Origin: Podarcis liolepis
Lineage: Eukaryota
Assembly (NCBI GenBank): GCA_965112155.1
Contig: OZ218101.1
DNA: 64,000 bases
Direction: 5' to 3' (one strand)
Position 1 is the stretch's first letter; each line of letters opens with the position of its first letter. Shown here piece by piece: positions 1 to 11,191 of the stretch. The notes below the pieces were generated by a model, which was given only the letters and a program-made list of their open reading frames with translations, ran no database searches and was not told the DNA's origin. The translations under genes and the position numbers were made by a program.

Positions 1-2
1 CT

Positions 3-989
3 CGGAATACCTTGCCCTGTGCACCTCCTTTTATTCATGCATGGAAAGTGGTATGGAACATAACTGTGACAGAAAAAGGCAATCTAACATACTGCACTGT
101 GAACTCTCTACCTCTTTTGCTATTTCGCCTTCTGTACTCCACGTACCAAAAACCTCAGACCCGATGGTTGTGGTGGATATGTGGAGAATGGGCATACAAG
201 AAACTCCCCTCCAAATGGAGTGGGACTTGTTTCCTGGGATGGGTATTACCACCAATGTGGATTATGCCCACTAGTTTAGCTAAGCGAACACGAAGAAACG
301 CTGATATTTCTCATATAGCAGGAGGAAGTACCCAAAGTTGGAGCGGTACTGATGATTGGCCACCAGAGTGCATTATAGCCTATTATGATCCTGCCTCCTG
401 GAATCCTGGTGAGCTCATACAAGGGGCACGGGATCCTATTTATAATCTAAACAGAATAATTCGATTGCAAGCAGTAGTGGAACTTGTAACCAATGCAACG
501 GCCCGGAGTTTGAGACTTATTGCACAACAGTTGGATGAAAGTAGAGCCGCCATTTTGCAGCTGAAAATGGGAATGGATTATGTACTTGCCAAGCAGGGAG
601 GCCTATGTGGAATCTTGAACTTGACAGGGAATGCCTGTTGCTTTAACATTTCAGATAATGGTGAGGCAATCCGTGTGTTGGCCACAAAGATGGAGAATAT
701 AGCACATGTCCCAGTACAAACATGGGAAGGATGGGATATGGGATGGCTCACCAATTGGTTACCTAATGTCGCAGGACTCAAAGGGATACTATTGTCTTGC
801 TTGTTTTTCTTGACAGTAGTGGTAATGGTTTTATGTATGATGCCATGTATCATTTCATGTTTTAGAAGTACAATTAGCAAGATGGTTTCAAATGAAACTC
901 TACCTCATATCATGGCCCTATACAGAGCTTTACCTCAGGAATATGATGAAGGTCAAGCTATCAAGGACACTTGGGATGAAGGTCCTTGA
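3..989 (+). CDS. env: Endogenous retrovirus envelope protein, class I, ERV3/HERV-I-like; 5'-partial (C-terminal SU plus complete TM)
   Basis: Frame is open from the window edge to TGA at 987-989. Motifs: WWICG..AY..LP.KWSGTCFLG; furin site KRTRR (282-296); WPPE.II.YY.PA.W...R.PIY.LNRIIRLQAV (ERV3/HERV-I-type TM N-terminus); ISD-like LQLKMGMDYVLAKQGGL; C-X9-CC (606-641); AHVPVQTW; hydrophobic anchor; YRAL in the tail. PPT and LTR follow directly. Confidence 0.93.
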   Translation, partial: RNTLPCAPPFIHAWKVVWNITVTEKGNLTYCTVNSLPLLLFRLLYSTYQKPQTRWLWWICGEWAYKKLPSKWSGTCFLGWVLPPMWIMPTSLAKRTRRNADISHIAGGSTQSWSGTDDWPPECIIAYYDPASWNPGELIQGARDPIYNLNRIIRLQAVVELVTNATARSLRLIAQQLDESRAAILQLKMGMDYVLAKQGGLCGILNLTGNACCFNISDNGEAIRVLATKMENIAHVPVQTWEGWDMGWLTNWLPNVAGLKGILLSCLFFLTVVVMVLCMMPCIISCFRSTISKMVSNETLPHIMALYRALPQEYDEGQAIKDTWDEGP

Positions 990-993
990 GCTT

Positions 994-1005
994 GAAAGGG
1001 GGGAA
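994..1005 (+). other. Retroviral polypurine tract
   Basis: GAAAGGGGGGAA lies 4 nt after the env stop and directly before the TG that starts the LTR. Confidence 0.85.
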
Positions 1006-1520
1006 TGAGGCATCTGTTCATAGTCTGCATTTTAATCAAGGCTTATATTTTGATCAGATACCTGTATTCTTAAAATGAGCTTAAAATATATTTTAAAATA
1101 TCTGTATCTCTCATGCCAGGCAGCATCTCTCATGCCAGGCAGTGAGTGCATCGGCAGATGTGCTCATCTTAAAGAGGGCCCCTGGTTTATTGTGGTCATA
1201 AAAAGGCTGAGAAGCGAGGTCACTGACCTTACAAATTACAGAATAATCAAGTTGCAAAAACATTTATTATGCCTCTCATTTGAGACTTAAGCCCAAAGGG
1301 TAAATTGAAGAAGTTGCTTTTAGAACAGCAGCTGTTTTAGCAGCAAAAGGGGGGCTGTAAACTAAGAGGCTTCTCTCGGAAGTTGCTTTTGGAAACTGTT
1401 TTTTTACTAAGTTCCCTTTCTTCTAAATATATATATATATTAATGTATTAAATATATAGGCTTAAATGTAATTATGCAAAGGATTTAGAAAGCATGAAAT
1501 TTAGATGTTAGATTCTTATT

Positions 1521-1622
1521 TCATAGAGACATAGAGTCCTAGAGTTGGAAGAGACCACAGACCCATGCCAAACGGGAAGCACTATCACTCCTGACATCTG
1601 GTTGCCGAGCCTCTGTTTAAAA
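1521..1622 (-). mobile_element. CR1 LINE 3'-end fragment within the LTR U3
   Basis: TCATAGAGACATAGAGTCCTAGAGTTGGAAGAGACC...CCTCTGTTTAAA aligns by eye with the CR1 3' end at 39943-40060. Confidence 0.6.
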
Positions 1623-1796
1623 TGAAATTAAAAACCATCTGGTTTGTAGGGAATAGGGAAAGAGGGGCCAAAGGTTATCTGGTAATTAAGGTGCCTTGTA
1701 GAGGTTAATGGCTACTTGTTTGCCATTAATAAATAGAAGAAAATATAGCTCTCTGTCTCCCATAAAAGGTAATAGGAAATGGGTGTATCTTATATG

Positions 1797-1974
1797 ATTG
1801 GTTCTAGCAATCAGCCAATAGGAAATTCAACCAGGCTGATTGGACAGAGGCAGCCAAAGGAGGAGCAAGGGGACTGGGCTGAGGGAATATAAGTGCTGGC
1901 CATCAGGGCTGGAAGGGCAGAGCATTGGTAACCATATACCACTGTGTCTCTCATTTATTTGTCTGACAAATAAA
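1797..1974 (+). promoter_or_regulatory. LTR promoter and polyA module
   Basis: ATTGG 1797-1801, CCAAT 1815-1819, ATTGG 1839-1843, TATAA 1888-1892 and AATAAA 1969-1974, in canonical U3-R order. Confidence 0.7.
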
Positions 1975-2126
1975 TAATTATTTTAATTTCTCTATTGCTG
2001 CGTTGAATATTTCATTCCAGCTAAGCGTTAACCACAAGCAGGGTGCTACAAGTCTTGGGCTTGTACATTCCCCCATCCTTCCTCCTCCCCTGGCATTGTC
2101 ACACGAGGTAGTAGTAGTAGCAGCAG

Positions 2127-2127
<1 letters not shown>

Positions 2128-2169
<42 letters not shown>
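2128..2169. repeat. (AAT)14 microsatellite
   Basis: Direct reading of the sequence. Confidence 0.98.
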
Positions 2170-2170
<1 letters not shown>

Positions 2171-2179
2171 TTGTTTTTG

Positions 2180-2240
2180 TTGTTATTTATAGTCCACCCA
2201 TCTGGCTGGGTTTCCCCAGCTACTCTGGGTGGTTCCAAAC
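2180..2240 (-). mobile_element. Retroposon 3' tail (probably L2-type); same family as 62068-62141
   Basis: TTTATAGTCCACCCATCTGGCTGGGTTTCCCCAGCTACTCTGGG matches the reverse complement of GAGTGGCTGGGGAAACCCAGCCAAGTGGGTGAGGTATAAATAATAAAATTATT at ~62081-62141. Confidence 0.5.
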
Positions 2241-3625
2241 AGTATATTAAATATCAAACAATAAAACATCAAAATGGGGAGCACCCACTTCCATTTTAGT
2301 TTAAACCTTAGCTTGGCATTGCATTTGAACCTTAAACAGTGGTGAATCTTAACTATGGTTTTTGTTTTTGTTTTAAACTAGCCAGTTTCACAGGCTATGG
2401 CTTTTCAGAGCTTGAATGTCATGACAAAATGCAATCAATCTAAAATGAAAGGGAAATCTTCCAAACTCCTCCTCATGGCCATTTGTAAACCGAAGGAATG
2501 CCAAGTTAAAGTTCTTGTTTAGCTATAAAACCTTCTGATTGGCAAATGACAGGTCATTATGTCCCCAAGTAACTTTAAGGGGGGGGGGGTGTTGCTACAC
2601 CTTACATGGAGTTTTGTGTGCCTATATATTTTATTCAGCAGTTTTTAACAACCAAAATTATGCTGGACAGAATGAGCCCGAGAGCAGAGAAAAGAAGAAC
2701 AAAGAGGTACATGTTTAACCATTTCCCCTCTGGCCCATTCTCCCCGCCTGCCCTTTACAAAGATTCATCTTCATACTTCCAGCACTCCTGTAGAAGATTT
2801 GACCTGCCAGTAACCTGACCGAACAGGCAGTACTAGGGCAGAAATCAAGTAACAACTTATTCTTGAAAACATTCCAACTTGGGATAGCACACATTTAGAC
2901 TACTCTGGTCAGGAGGGGAAAATATTTCTTTTGTCCTTTATGTTTCTCATCCCTGCTTCCAAAAATGGGTTTAAAGAAAACATAGTCTGTGTATTTCTAC
3001 ATGAGGAGACTTTTCTCCAGTGTGTGTGTGTGTGTGGCTACATATTTCATAGGTGGCGAAGATATAAATGTCTATCCTCCAAAGTGTGTGTCAAAAATCC
3101 CTTTGCATGGTGTTTTTGTGTGTGCCCTGGAGCTTTTACAGAAAAAAATATTTTTGGGAGCTTGTAGAGAGCAATTACATTCTGGATGGCTTTCTGGCTC
3201 TGGGAGAGATAAGCGGAGATTAATTCAACCTGGAAGCAAGCTTTTAAAATATGGCAGGGATGATTCATATAAGCCCAGAAACCAGAAAGGCCATAGCCTT
3301 GTGCAGATGATCTCACTACAAATGGAGGGAGAGAATAGGATCACATGTGCTGCCTGCTCCCCTGTCTCCCTTGTGCTCAGTTCAATGTTTGTACAGAGCC
3401 CTTGTCTTCCAGCTGCACAGATGTCAGCTGTATTCAGAAGTCTGGAGCAGGCAGTAGCAGATGGTGTCGTGGGGCAGAGGTGTTTTCGTGACCTCGTGGC
3501 AAGGGAGTTGCTGCCGCTTACTTAGGGGGAGGAAGTGGCAGGGAAGGCAGCGCAGTGCAAATGCATCAGCGGAGCCAATCTCCTGCCAGTATGTTTGCAC
3601 CACACCACCCTCCCCATTGCCTCAC

Positions 3626-3703
3626 TCCTCCTGGTAAGTAGCAGTGGCCTGCCTGCTGGGAGGTCCTCCTGGTAAGTAGCAGTGGCCTGCCTGCTGGGAG
3701 GTC
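3626..3703. repeat. Perfect 38-bp tandem duplication
   Basis: TCCTCCTGGTAAGTAGCAGTGGCCTGCCTGCTGGGAGG at 3626 and 3664. Confidence 0.95.
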
Positions 3704-3886
3704 AGGTAAGTGCCTTTGCCTCACTATGACATCCGCTACTGGGAGATTCCACCACCCTCCTTACATGAATTAAATGTATGGAAATAATATCTGCCTAGGA
3801 TGGGAAAGAGCCCTTATCCAACCAAAAGTAAAGGACCGCCAGTATTTTAAGTACCAGTTAATGACCCTGGATGTGATGCATTACGT

Positions 3887-4021
3887 CAGGCTTCCTCAAA
3901 CTCGGCCTTCCAGATGTTTTGGGACTACAACTCCCATCATCCCTAGCTAACAGGGCCAGTGGTCAGGGATGATGGAAATTGTAGTCTCAAAACATCTGGG
4001 GGCCAAGTTTGCCTATGCCTG
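3887..4021. mobile_element. hAT-type palindromic MITE
   Basis: CAGGC...GCCTG termini, internal palindrome (ACTACAACTCCCATCATCCCT / AGGGATGATGGAAATTGTAGT), degenerate 8-bp TSD CATTACGT/CATTACAC. Confidence 0.75.
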
Positions 4022-5064
4022 CATTACACTGATGGAAAATTCCAGTAGGTTCAATGGGGCTTATCTGAGCATTGTGATGCAGGCAGGAGTCCACATCCCC
4101 ACTCACATGGACAGCACATCTAGAAAGCTGTTTATTAAGTGCATCTAAAGTATGAATGTGACAAATAGGAGTTTGAAAATATGTATTATGCAGAAAGTCA
4201 GGGTTAGCAGTGGCTCTTTGTTCTGTGAACACTCAGTGCAAAACCTGGTTTTGTTTCTTGGAATGTATGAAACGGGCTTGCTTCAAGTTCATGTTTTCAG
4301 ACCTAATTATTTTTCTGAAACTGTATCTTGCTTTGCTGCATTATGCTTCAGAAGGAAAGGGAAATTTTAAATAATAGTTTCTCTAAAGAATTCATGTTGA
4401 ATTTGGCTCCCACTCCACACAGTTAGGTGACTATAGATACAGTTCTATACATGCCTATCTGAGAGTAAGCTCCCTTGAACTCAGTGGGAGTTACTTCTGA
4501 GTAGACATGCTTAGAATTGTGTTGCCAGCGTCTTGCCAGACATCCCTGCCCACAGAAAGGACCCAAGAAATAAAAGTTAAAAGTCTTTTTTTAATCCTTA
4601 ACTGAGGAAGTGGGAACCGGAGTTGTAATTCTGAAATGCTAATGTATATTTTTTAAAGAAAAAAACCACAGCCTTGGCATGCCATGCATATATTACACCT
4701 TATACAGAACACTTGTAAGAAAACCATATTAATTTTTTGACATTTCTGAAGAGACGTCTCTTCCATGTTCAAAGCAAAATATTATTTCTGCTTCCCGCCC
4801 ATTCCAAAACAAAACCTCTAAAAGCTTCCAAGTTGCAAATGAGTCGCAGAAGTGTGCTGCAAAAAGGTGCCCTAAAGGATATTGGGTTCCTATTCAGCCA
4901 CACCCAAATAGGTCAACTCTGTAGTAGTGGAAGATTACAGCAAAAGTACAAAGCCTGTAAGTACAAGGTGAACTAAATCAAATAACAGAGGAAAATAAAC
5001 CATGCCAGGGCTGCAAAGCGTCAGCCATTGCAGTGGTTGCTTCAGGTAAGAAGAAATACGGCAT

Positions 5065-5145
5065 CAGTAAGGGAATAGCACTTTAATCAGACCCTCTGGC
5101 ATTAAAGTAAGCAAACTTTTGAGTTACACAGAACTCTTCAGCAGG
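5065..5145 (-). mobile_element. Penelope-like element terminal-repeat remnant with decayed hammerhead core
   Basis: Minus strand reads CCTGCTGA-AGAGTT-CTGTGT-AACTC-AAAAG, a mutated CUGAUGA-stemII-GAAA. Confidence 0.45.
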
Positions 5146-5302
5146 CAGAACAGAAATGTACCGTAAATGGTTTTCAACTATGTACAGCACAAAGTTGAAT
5201 CCCAAAAGAGGACATGTACTACCATATGGCTCCATCAGCCAATACAGCACCTCTCCTTTCCAGTTTACATTTATATTTGATCTGTCCCTGCACTGCTGTG
5301 TA

Positions 5303-5420
5303 TGGGTCCCCAGATGTTGTTGGACTATAACTCCCATCATCTCTGAGCTCTGTCCTTGCTAGCTAGGGATGATGGGAGTTGTAGTCCAACAACATCTGGG
5401 GACCCAAGGTTCAGGATGGC
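5303..5420. mobile_element. Palindromic hAT-type MITE
   Basis: GGGTCCCCAGATGTTGTTGGACTA...TAGTCCAACAACATCTGGGGACCC inverted arms. Related copies at ~7240-7350, 15340-15410, 42170-42270, 43630-43740, 45530-45650 and 59750-59845. Confidence 0.7.
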
Positions 5421-5794
5421 TGATCTAGTACATACCCACTTCATTTCAAGATTATGGGCTGTCTTTTGGCTTACTCTCTTTTGAAAGGAAAAGTGGGGAA
5501 CAAAGTTAAATAGGTTGATACATAGTTGACACACTAATAACTTTACAGAAGTAAAGAAAAAAAAATGAAGCAGGATAATAACCCTTGACACATCTCACAC
5601 AGTAACTGAGTTTTGCAAAGTTGGAAACCCACAAGAGAGGAAAGGCATTAGATGGTGCTGAATTATGCAGACATGAAAAAAAAGTTCTAAGAATATTAAT
5701 AGTGTTAACTTTTGTGCAACTGCTAATAGAATATAGTGCTGCGATCTTTGTTTCAGTGAACTGTGTCTCTGAACAAACTGGTCATAACGCAAAA

Positions 5795-5895
5795 TGTAAA
5801 ACAAAAACATCAGAGAGTCTTGTGGCACCATATTGATCAACTTATTTATTGTAGCATAAACCTTTTGTAGACTATAGTCCACTTCATCAGTTGTA
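5795..5895 (-). mobile_element. Penelope-like (Neptune-type) terminal-repeat remnant
   Basis: Minus strand reads CTGATGAAGTGGACTATAGTCTACAAAAGGTTTATGC...AATAAA...GGTGCCACAAGACTC, the layout of reptile PLE terminal repeats. Homologous to 44360-44490 and 45180-45265. Confidence 0.6.
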
Positions 5896-6699
5896 TAAAG
5901 TGAGATTCCCAGTTGTCAGCTATATGATATATAGACATGGTTTGGCGGTTAAGGGTCGTGTGTGCATGTTTGTGTGCATGTGTGTAAACAGTGACGTCCG
6001 AGGGAAATAAAAGGCAGAAAAGAGCAGATAGTGATTGTTATGCAGTTAGAAATGGCAATTCACCAAAAAACAGTTGTTGGTAACACAGACATCCTGCCAT
6101 TGCTTTGTAAGTGCCACAAGCCTCTCTCTTGGTTTTGCTGCAAGAGAGCCATTTGCAACATGGCTACCCCTCCGGAAATTGTTGAAATAAAAATAAATAG
6201 TGTAAAGATGTTCAAAGAGCCCAATTTTTAAAAAGAAAGTTTTGCAGATACATCCTAGGAATGTAACTGAGGATGCAAGATACAGACATACCTCCAAATA
6301 GGAATCAAAACATTTTACTCCTGCAGGCCTCCTCCAGCTTGCATTCTCTAAATGACAGGCGTGCATGCTTTGGATTCCCGCAATGCTTTACCAAGTAATC
6401 CTTTGCACACTTACCTGGGAGCAAGCACACTGAAAGTGAGACTTATGACTAGACGTGCGTAGGAGCGTGCTGTTAGTCTTCATGTTTGCTTTTCACCCTC
6501 TTACTTTAGGTGGACTGGAGACTTGTTTATGGGGTTTATTGTGGAATGGGATCTTGCTGAAAATAATTTTTTGTGTCTTTATTTTAGATCTTATTATTAT
6601 ATACGTGGGGATTGTTCAATTTGGTTGTGTATTTTTGATGTTGTATTTATTGTTTCTGACTACTTTTGTTATGTTGCAACCAGTGATGGACCTATATTT

Positions 6700-6831
6700 T
6701 TGCCACTGCCTCGTGATTTCTGTTCTCATCCTGAGGTAAAGTTCTTAACCCGAGGTACTACTTCCGGATTAGTGGAGTCTGTAACCCAAAGTGTTTGTAA
6801 CCCGAGGTGTTTATAACCTGAGGTACCACTG
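6700..6831. mobile_element. Tc1/mariner (Tigger-like) MITE, right half
   Basis: Ends GAGGTACCACTG followed by TA; homologous to the full copy at 16709-16949. Confidence 0.75.
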
Positions 6832-6835
6832 TACC

Positions 6836-7195
6836 TCAAGGACCACCTTTCCTCATATGAACCAACCCAGACCCTGTGATTGTAACACAAGACTCGTTTT
6901 TGCTTGCCTTCTCCATGAGATGTCCGGAGGGTACAACATGAGAATGGGCCTTTTCTGTGGTTGCTTCCCGCTTGTGGGATGTACTCATGAGGCGTTTTCA
7001 CTAAATATCTTTAGGCACCAGCTGAAAACACTTATCTATAACCAGGCCTTTGCCTGATTAACATTCTAAGGCCTTTTAAATGTGTTTGTGAGAGCGGAGT
7101 TATTGGTTTGTCTTTGTTTTATTACGTATTGTGTATTTTTATGTTGTGAACTGCCCTGTGACCTTCAGATGGGGGGTGGTACACAAATTCACTAC
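6836..7195 (+). mobile_element. L2-type LINE 3' fragment
   Basis: Decayed ORF end (…CAGCTGAAAACACTTATCTATAACCAGGCCTTTGCCTGA), T-rich UTR and GTGAACTGCCCTGTGACC...GGTGGTACACAAAT tail. Confidence 0.5.
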
Positions 7196-10100
7196 AGAAT
7201 AAGAGTAAGTGTGAAGTTAACCTAAAACCCACCATCCCTAGTAGCGGCCTTCAAATGTGGACTACAACTTCCATCAGCCACAGCCAGCATGACCAATGAT
7301 CAGGGATAATGGGAGTTGTAGTCAAAAAAATCTGGAGATGTTGCCTAACCCTGGTTTTATACATTGCCTAGCCCCGATTTTATGTGGTGCTGACCTATGC
7401 TGCTGGGGTTACAGCATTTTAATCTGATTATCCCTGCCTTCCATTCAGCATCATTTTTTACCTTTCTTTCAAATGACTCCAAACAGTAATACTTTACTTT
7501 AAAAACAATTGTCCTTTATCTCTTCAACCTTTTCTTCAGTGGCTTTGTTTCTGTTTGCAGCTTAGGCTGCAACCTTAAACCCATCTGCAGGCTCTAAAGT
7601 TAATTGGATTTGTGAGCTCCAAAGACATTTCAGAACAACAGCCTTTGATTATATTGTTTTGCTCCCTTACTCCCAGCAGTGGCAAATTCAAGGCAGTTTT
7701 TTTCAGGGCCAAAGGTCACAGCTTCGGTGCCTTGTGCTGTGAGTGACTTACAAATTCAGAAGGAAAGTCGAGTGAAGGTGGCTTGTGTGTCATTCCCAAG
7801 TTAGAATATACACAGTTTCATATTGCCAAGAACACGAGGACAGAAAATGTGTGTACAATGTGCACATTCTCTTTTCCATTCCTTCCTTTTATGTGCATCT
7901 CACGTCCATGCATTGCACATTACCCAGAATGTGCAAAAAGATGAATCATGAGTCATTCACAGCATTGCTGCAACTGAGGAGCTGAGATTGTAGTTCTCTG
8001 GCTGTTTCCTGAAAAAAATGCTGTATTTGTAAATTGTAAATTGTGCTACATTAGTTTTATTCCACCCTGGGATCACACAACGAAGGGTCAGCCAGATATT
8101 ATCTCAAAAAAAATTAGGCAGCCTTTGTTGGCACTATTTTGTAATGTTTAAAGCTACCCTCAGTGCTTGGCCCCAAGGATTTCCCATGGCATTCCTGCTA
8201 ATTCTCTAGAGTGCCACTGTGGAGGGCACAAAAGATTTGCACAGGGTGGGGAAAGATTATTGGCAAAGTTTAAAAGCCCATTATTGAATATATTCCAGAT
8301 TGGGCTCCAGAAATTTCACATAAAACACCACTGTTACCAGTGGCTGTCTTACTCTTGATTGCAATGACTTGCAGATTGTGCCCATTTTCTTTTCTAGTGA
8401 TGCTTCTCTGCTGTATTGCCACATTCCTGCCTCCATTTCTTGCCTCTCTTCCACCAGTCTCTGCAAGTAGGAGAGGCTTGGCAAGGTCAGTAGACTCTTC
8501 TCACTTCTTATTTTCGGAGGCGGCTGCTGGAGCAATAGCAGCCCAGTTGCCATCAGGAGTCCAGCTCTTTTATTCCAAAGAAGACACACTCCTTATGTTT
8601 CCATTAAAGATTTCAGCTGCGATTGTTGGGGAGAAAAAAAGTCCACCTTGCCTGCCTGGCATCCGTACAGTAGCTTACACTACCCACAGATCAACAAGCA
8701 AGGATTTCATTGCCCCCGTATTTTGCTGAAATCAGCCCCAGAAGGCACAAAAGCAAGTAAGGTGATAACATTTAATTTATCAACACCTGTTGGTAAGAGA
8801 ACACAAGCTTTAGAGCTTATGCGGCGATAATCCTGTACTTGGCTTTCAATGGGAAATTGACTGAACTGTGTAATCAGTGCCAGATCTACAAATTTTGCAA
8901 AGTGACCCCCACTCTTTGCTTGTGAACTCCAAGCTGCAAACCTGCAAATTCAAAATAACAAGAGATTGGAAGTCACTGGTCCGGGAAAAAATCATTTTCC
9001 AGTGCTTATTGCCTGGATACACCTTAACAAATTTTAAAGCGCAGTAATGATCCAGGTGGATTTTCCCTCCACTTCAAATCAAGTTGAGCAAGTCTGCATT
9101 TAATACTTAGATGAGAGGCCTCCAGGGAAGCTTAGCCCCAGCTTCCCTTGAAGAAAAGCTGGATAAGATTTGGCAAATAAATAATTAAGATGTCACTTCT
9201 TAGCTCAGTCTTGCCTACACAACCTGGCCCTGCTTGATGTGGGGGGGGGGGTTGAACCTGGGACCTTCTGTATATGAAGCGGAGTCTCTGCCACTGAGCT
9301 ATGACCCTCCCCTCCTCCACGTCCCCCAGCAGAGAAAAAACCTTGTAAAAAAAAGCCCATTTCAAAGGGGCTTGCTTCTGCATTGCTTCAGGCAGTGGCA
9401 GGTGTGGAAAGGGGGGGGGAGGACTGCCGGACAGAGGATGATGGCAGGTGGGGGTCCTGCCCCCAATATAAATCCTGCCTGTGCCCATGGGTAGGGTGCT
9501 GTTACACACACACACCCCTACACTTGCCACCCAGGGCATATGCCCCCTTCCCCCTTCTCTCTTCTCAATCTAGGGCAGTATGCAACTTCCACCTACACAT
9601 CTAATTGCTGTGTCCATATCCTCAGCTGATAAAAATGCTTTTGTTATGCCTGAATTGCAAGTGAAAGCTGTTAGACCTTTGGATGTGTGTGGATTCTGAG
9701 GGGGCGGCAACTGTGTTTTTCATTTCCAAATGTCCCTGAGCAATTTTGTGCCTTTCTTTATAAGACACAATGGATGGTTGCAGTAGTAGCAGTTGCTATG
9801 CTCAGAGTTTGCTTAAGAAAACCACCCTCAGGTTTCAGCTCAGTAGACGACATCAGTTAATAGATCACAACTGGGAGCTGCAACAACTGCACTACAGGAC
9901 TGAATTTCTCACCAGTCTGTTTCTCTTAAAAGCTCCATGATGGAGGGCATCCACCTCTCATATTGTTACAGGCCACCTGAATCCTGTTGCTTTATATGTA
10001 TATGGTTTTAAATTATTGTTATTATAACCCATTTTTGGATTATTATTTTTTTGTAATAAAAAGTAGGCTCAATTTCCCCCCGCTACATCTCTACTCAGAA

Positions 10101-10197
10101 ACAAGTCCCATAAAATACAATGGGAATTTCTCTGAGAGGCACATGTGTGTATATTAAGGCTGCAACCCTCTCTAAAAAACAGGGAAGAAAATCATAC

Positions 10198-10700
10198 TGT
10201 TGTCGGTTTCTGTGGGGTTAGGCTGCGTGATGTCTGAGTCCCTTCTAATTCCTGGATCCAGCAAGGGTTAAAATCTAATGGAGGGTCCCATTGTTAATGG
10301 CCCTATGTATGGGTCATCAGTATAAGAAAGGCAGTTGCTCTGTGCCAATAGGCAAATGGGTGGGCCCCCTCCCTCACCTGGCTGGTAGTGAGAAAGACAA
10401 AAGCAATATAGTTGTGCAAGAGAGCTGGGTGAGAAACAGGCTGCAGGTTGTGAGGGAGAGACATGCTTGATTTTTCTTCAATTCCTAGGCTGTGGCTATG
10501 TGAGAAGCAAGGCCTTCTTGGGTGTTAATGCTGTGAGCCCCTCCATCATAGACTCAGGCTGTATATGTGTGTTAATAAACCATATATCATAAAGACGCTA
10601 CAACCTCCGCTGTCCCTCATTCCAAGGAAACCAAGCCCTAGGTGAGCTCATTGAACCCATGGCGTCTCACACCGCTCAGAGGTTAGGATGGCATGCAATG
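10198..10700 (+). mobile_element. Probable solo LTR
   Basis: TG start, TATAAG at 10321, CCAAT at ~10345, AATAAA at ~10574 and a U5-like segment ending GGCATGCAA. Boundaries are approximate. Confidence 0.45.
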
Positions 10701-10734
10701 CTACATGGGAAAGAAGAACCGATGTACCCATGAA

Positions 10735-10886
10735 CTCCTTTGGGAGGTTGTGAGCTTCCTTCATTGGAGGTTTGTAAACATGAGTTGGGTGGCCATCTGT
10801 CTGAGATGCTTTAGTTGAGATTCCTACATTGCAGGGGGTTAGACAAGAAGGCCCTCAGGGTCCCTTCCAACTCTACAATTCTATGA
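10735..10886 (+). mobile_element. CR1 LINE 3' end
   Basis: CCTTCATTGGAGGTTTGTAAA...TTGCAGGGGGTTAGAC...CCCTTCCAACTCTACAATTCTATGA CR1 tail. Confidence 0.75.
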
Positions 10887-11191
10887 AGGAAAACTGTCTG
10901 CAAAATGATTGCAAGCTGTGGGGGGTGGTTTATCACAGCCCATTTGAAGAAGGCAAAGCTAATGAGCTGGAATGGTTTCTGGCAGCTAAGGGTCTTTGTG
11001 ATGCAAAACAGACAAACAAAAGGATCTGTCTCTGGAAAAGCATAAAGAGACTGATGCGCTAAGAGCCCCTGCTCCCTTTTTGTTCTCCATCTTTAATTGT
11101 GCTAATTATCCAATAAAATGCTCAGCGCATTTAGTAGCCTGTCTACTTGGAGCTTCAAAGACAACTTTTAACCAATGGGTAGTCTCACTTA

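Larger units (their letters stand above)
1006..2050 (+). mobile_element. 3' LTR of the ERV
   Basis: Starts TGAGGCATC after the PPT and ends GGGTGCTACA (imperfect inverted termini). U3 direct repeats: TCTCTCATGCCAGGCAG x2 at ~1107-1142 and GAAGTTGCTTTT x2. Contains CCAAT boxes, TATAA at 1888-1892 and AATAAA at 1969-1974. The 3' end is inferred. Confidence 0.75.

Noticed and set aside
1978-2299. ORFs with poly-Ile/poly-Asn runs
   Set aside because: Translation of the (AAT)n microsatellite.
5303-5420. Hairpin as a miRNA precursor
   Set aside because: It is a multi-copy palindromic MITE, with no independent evidence for processing.
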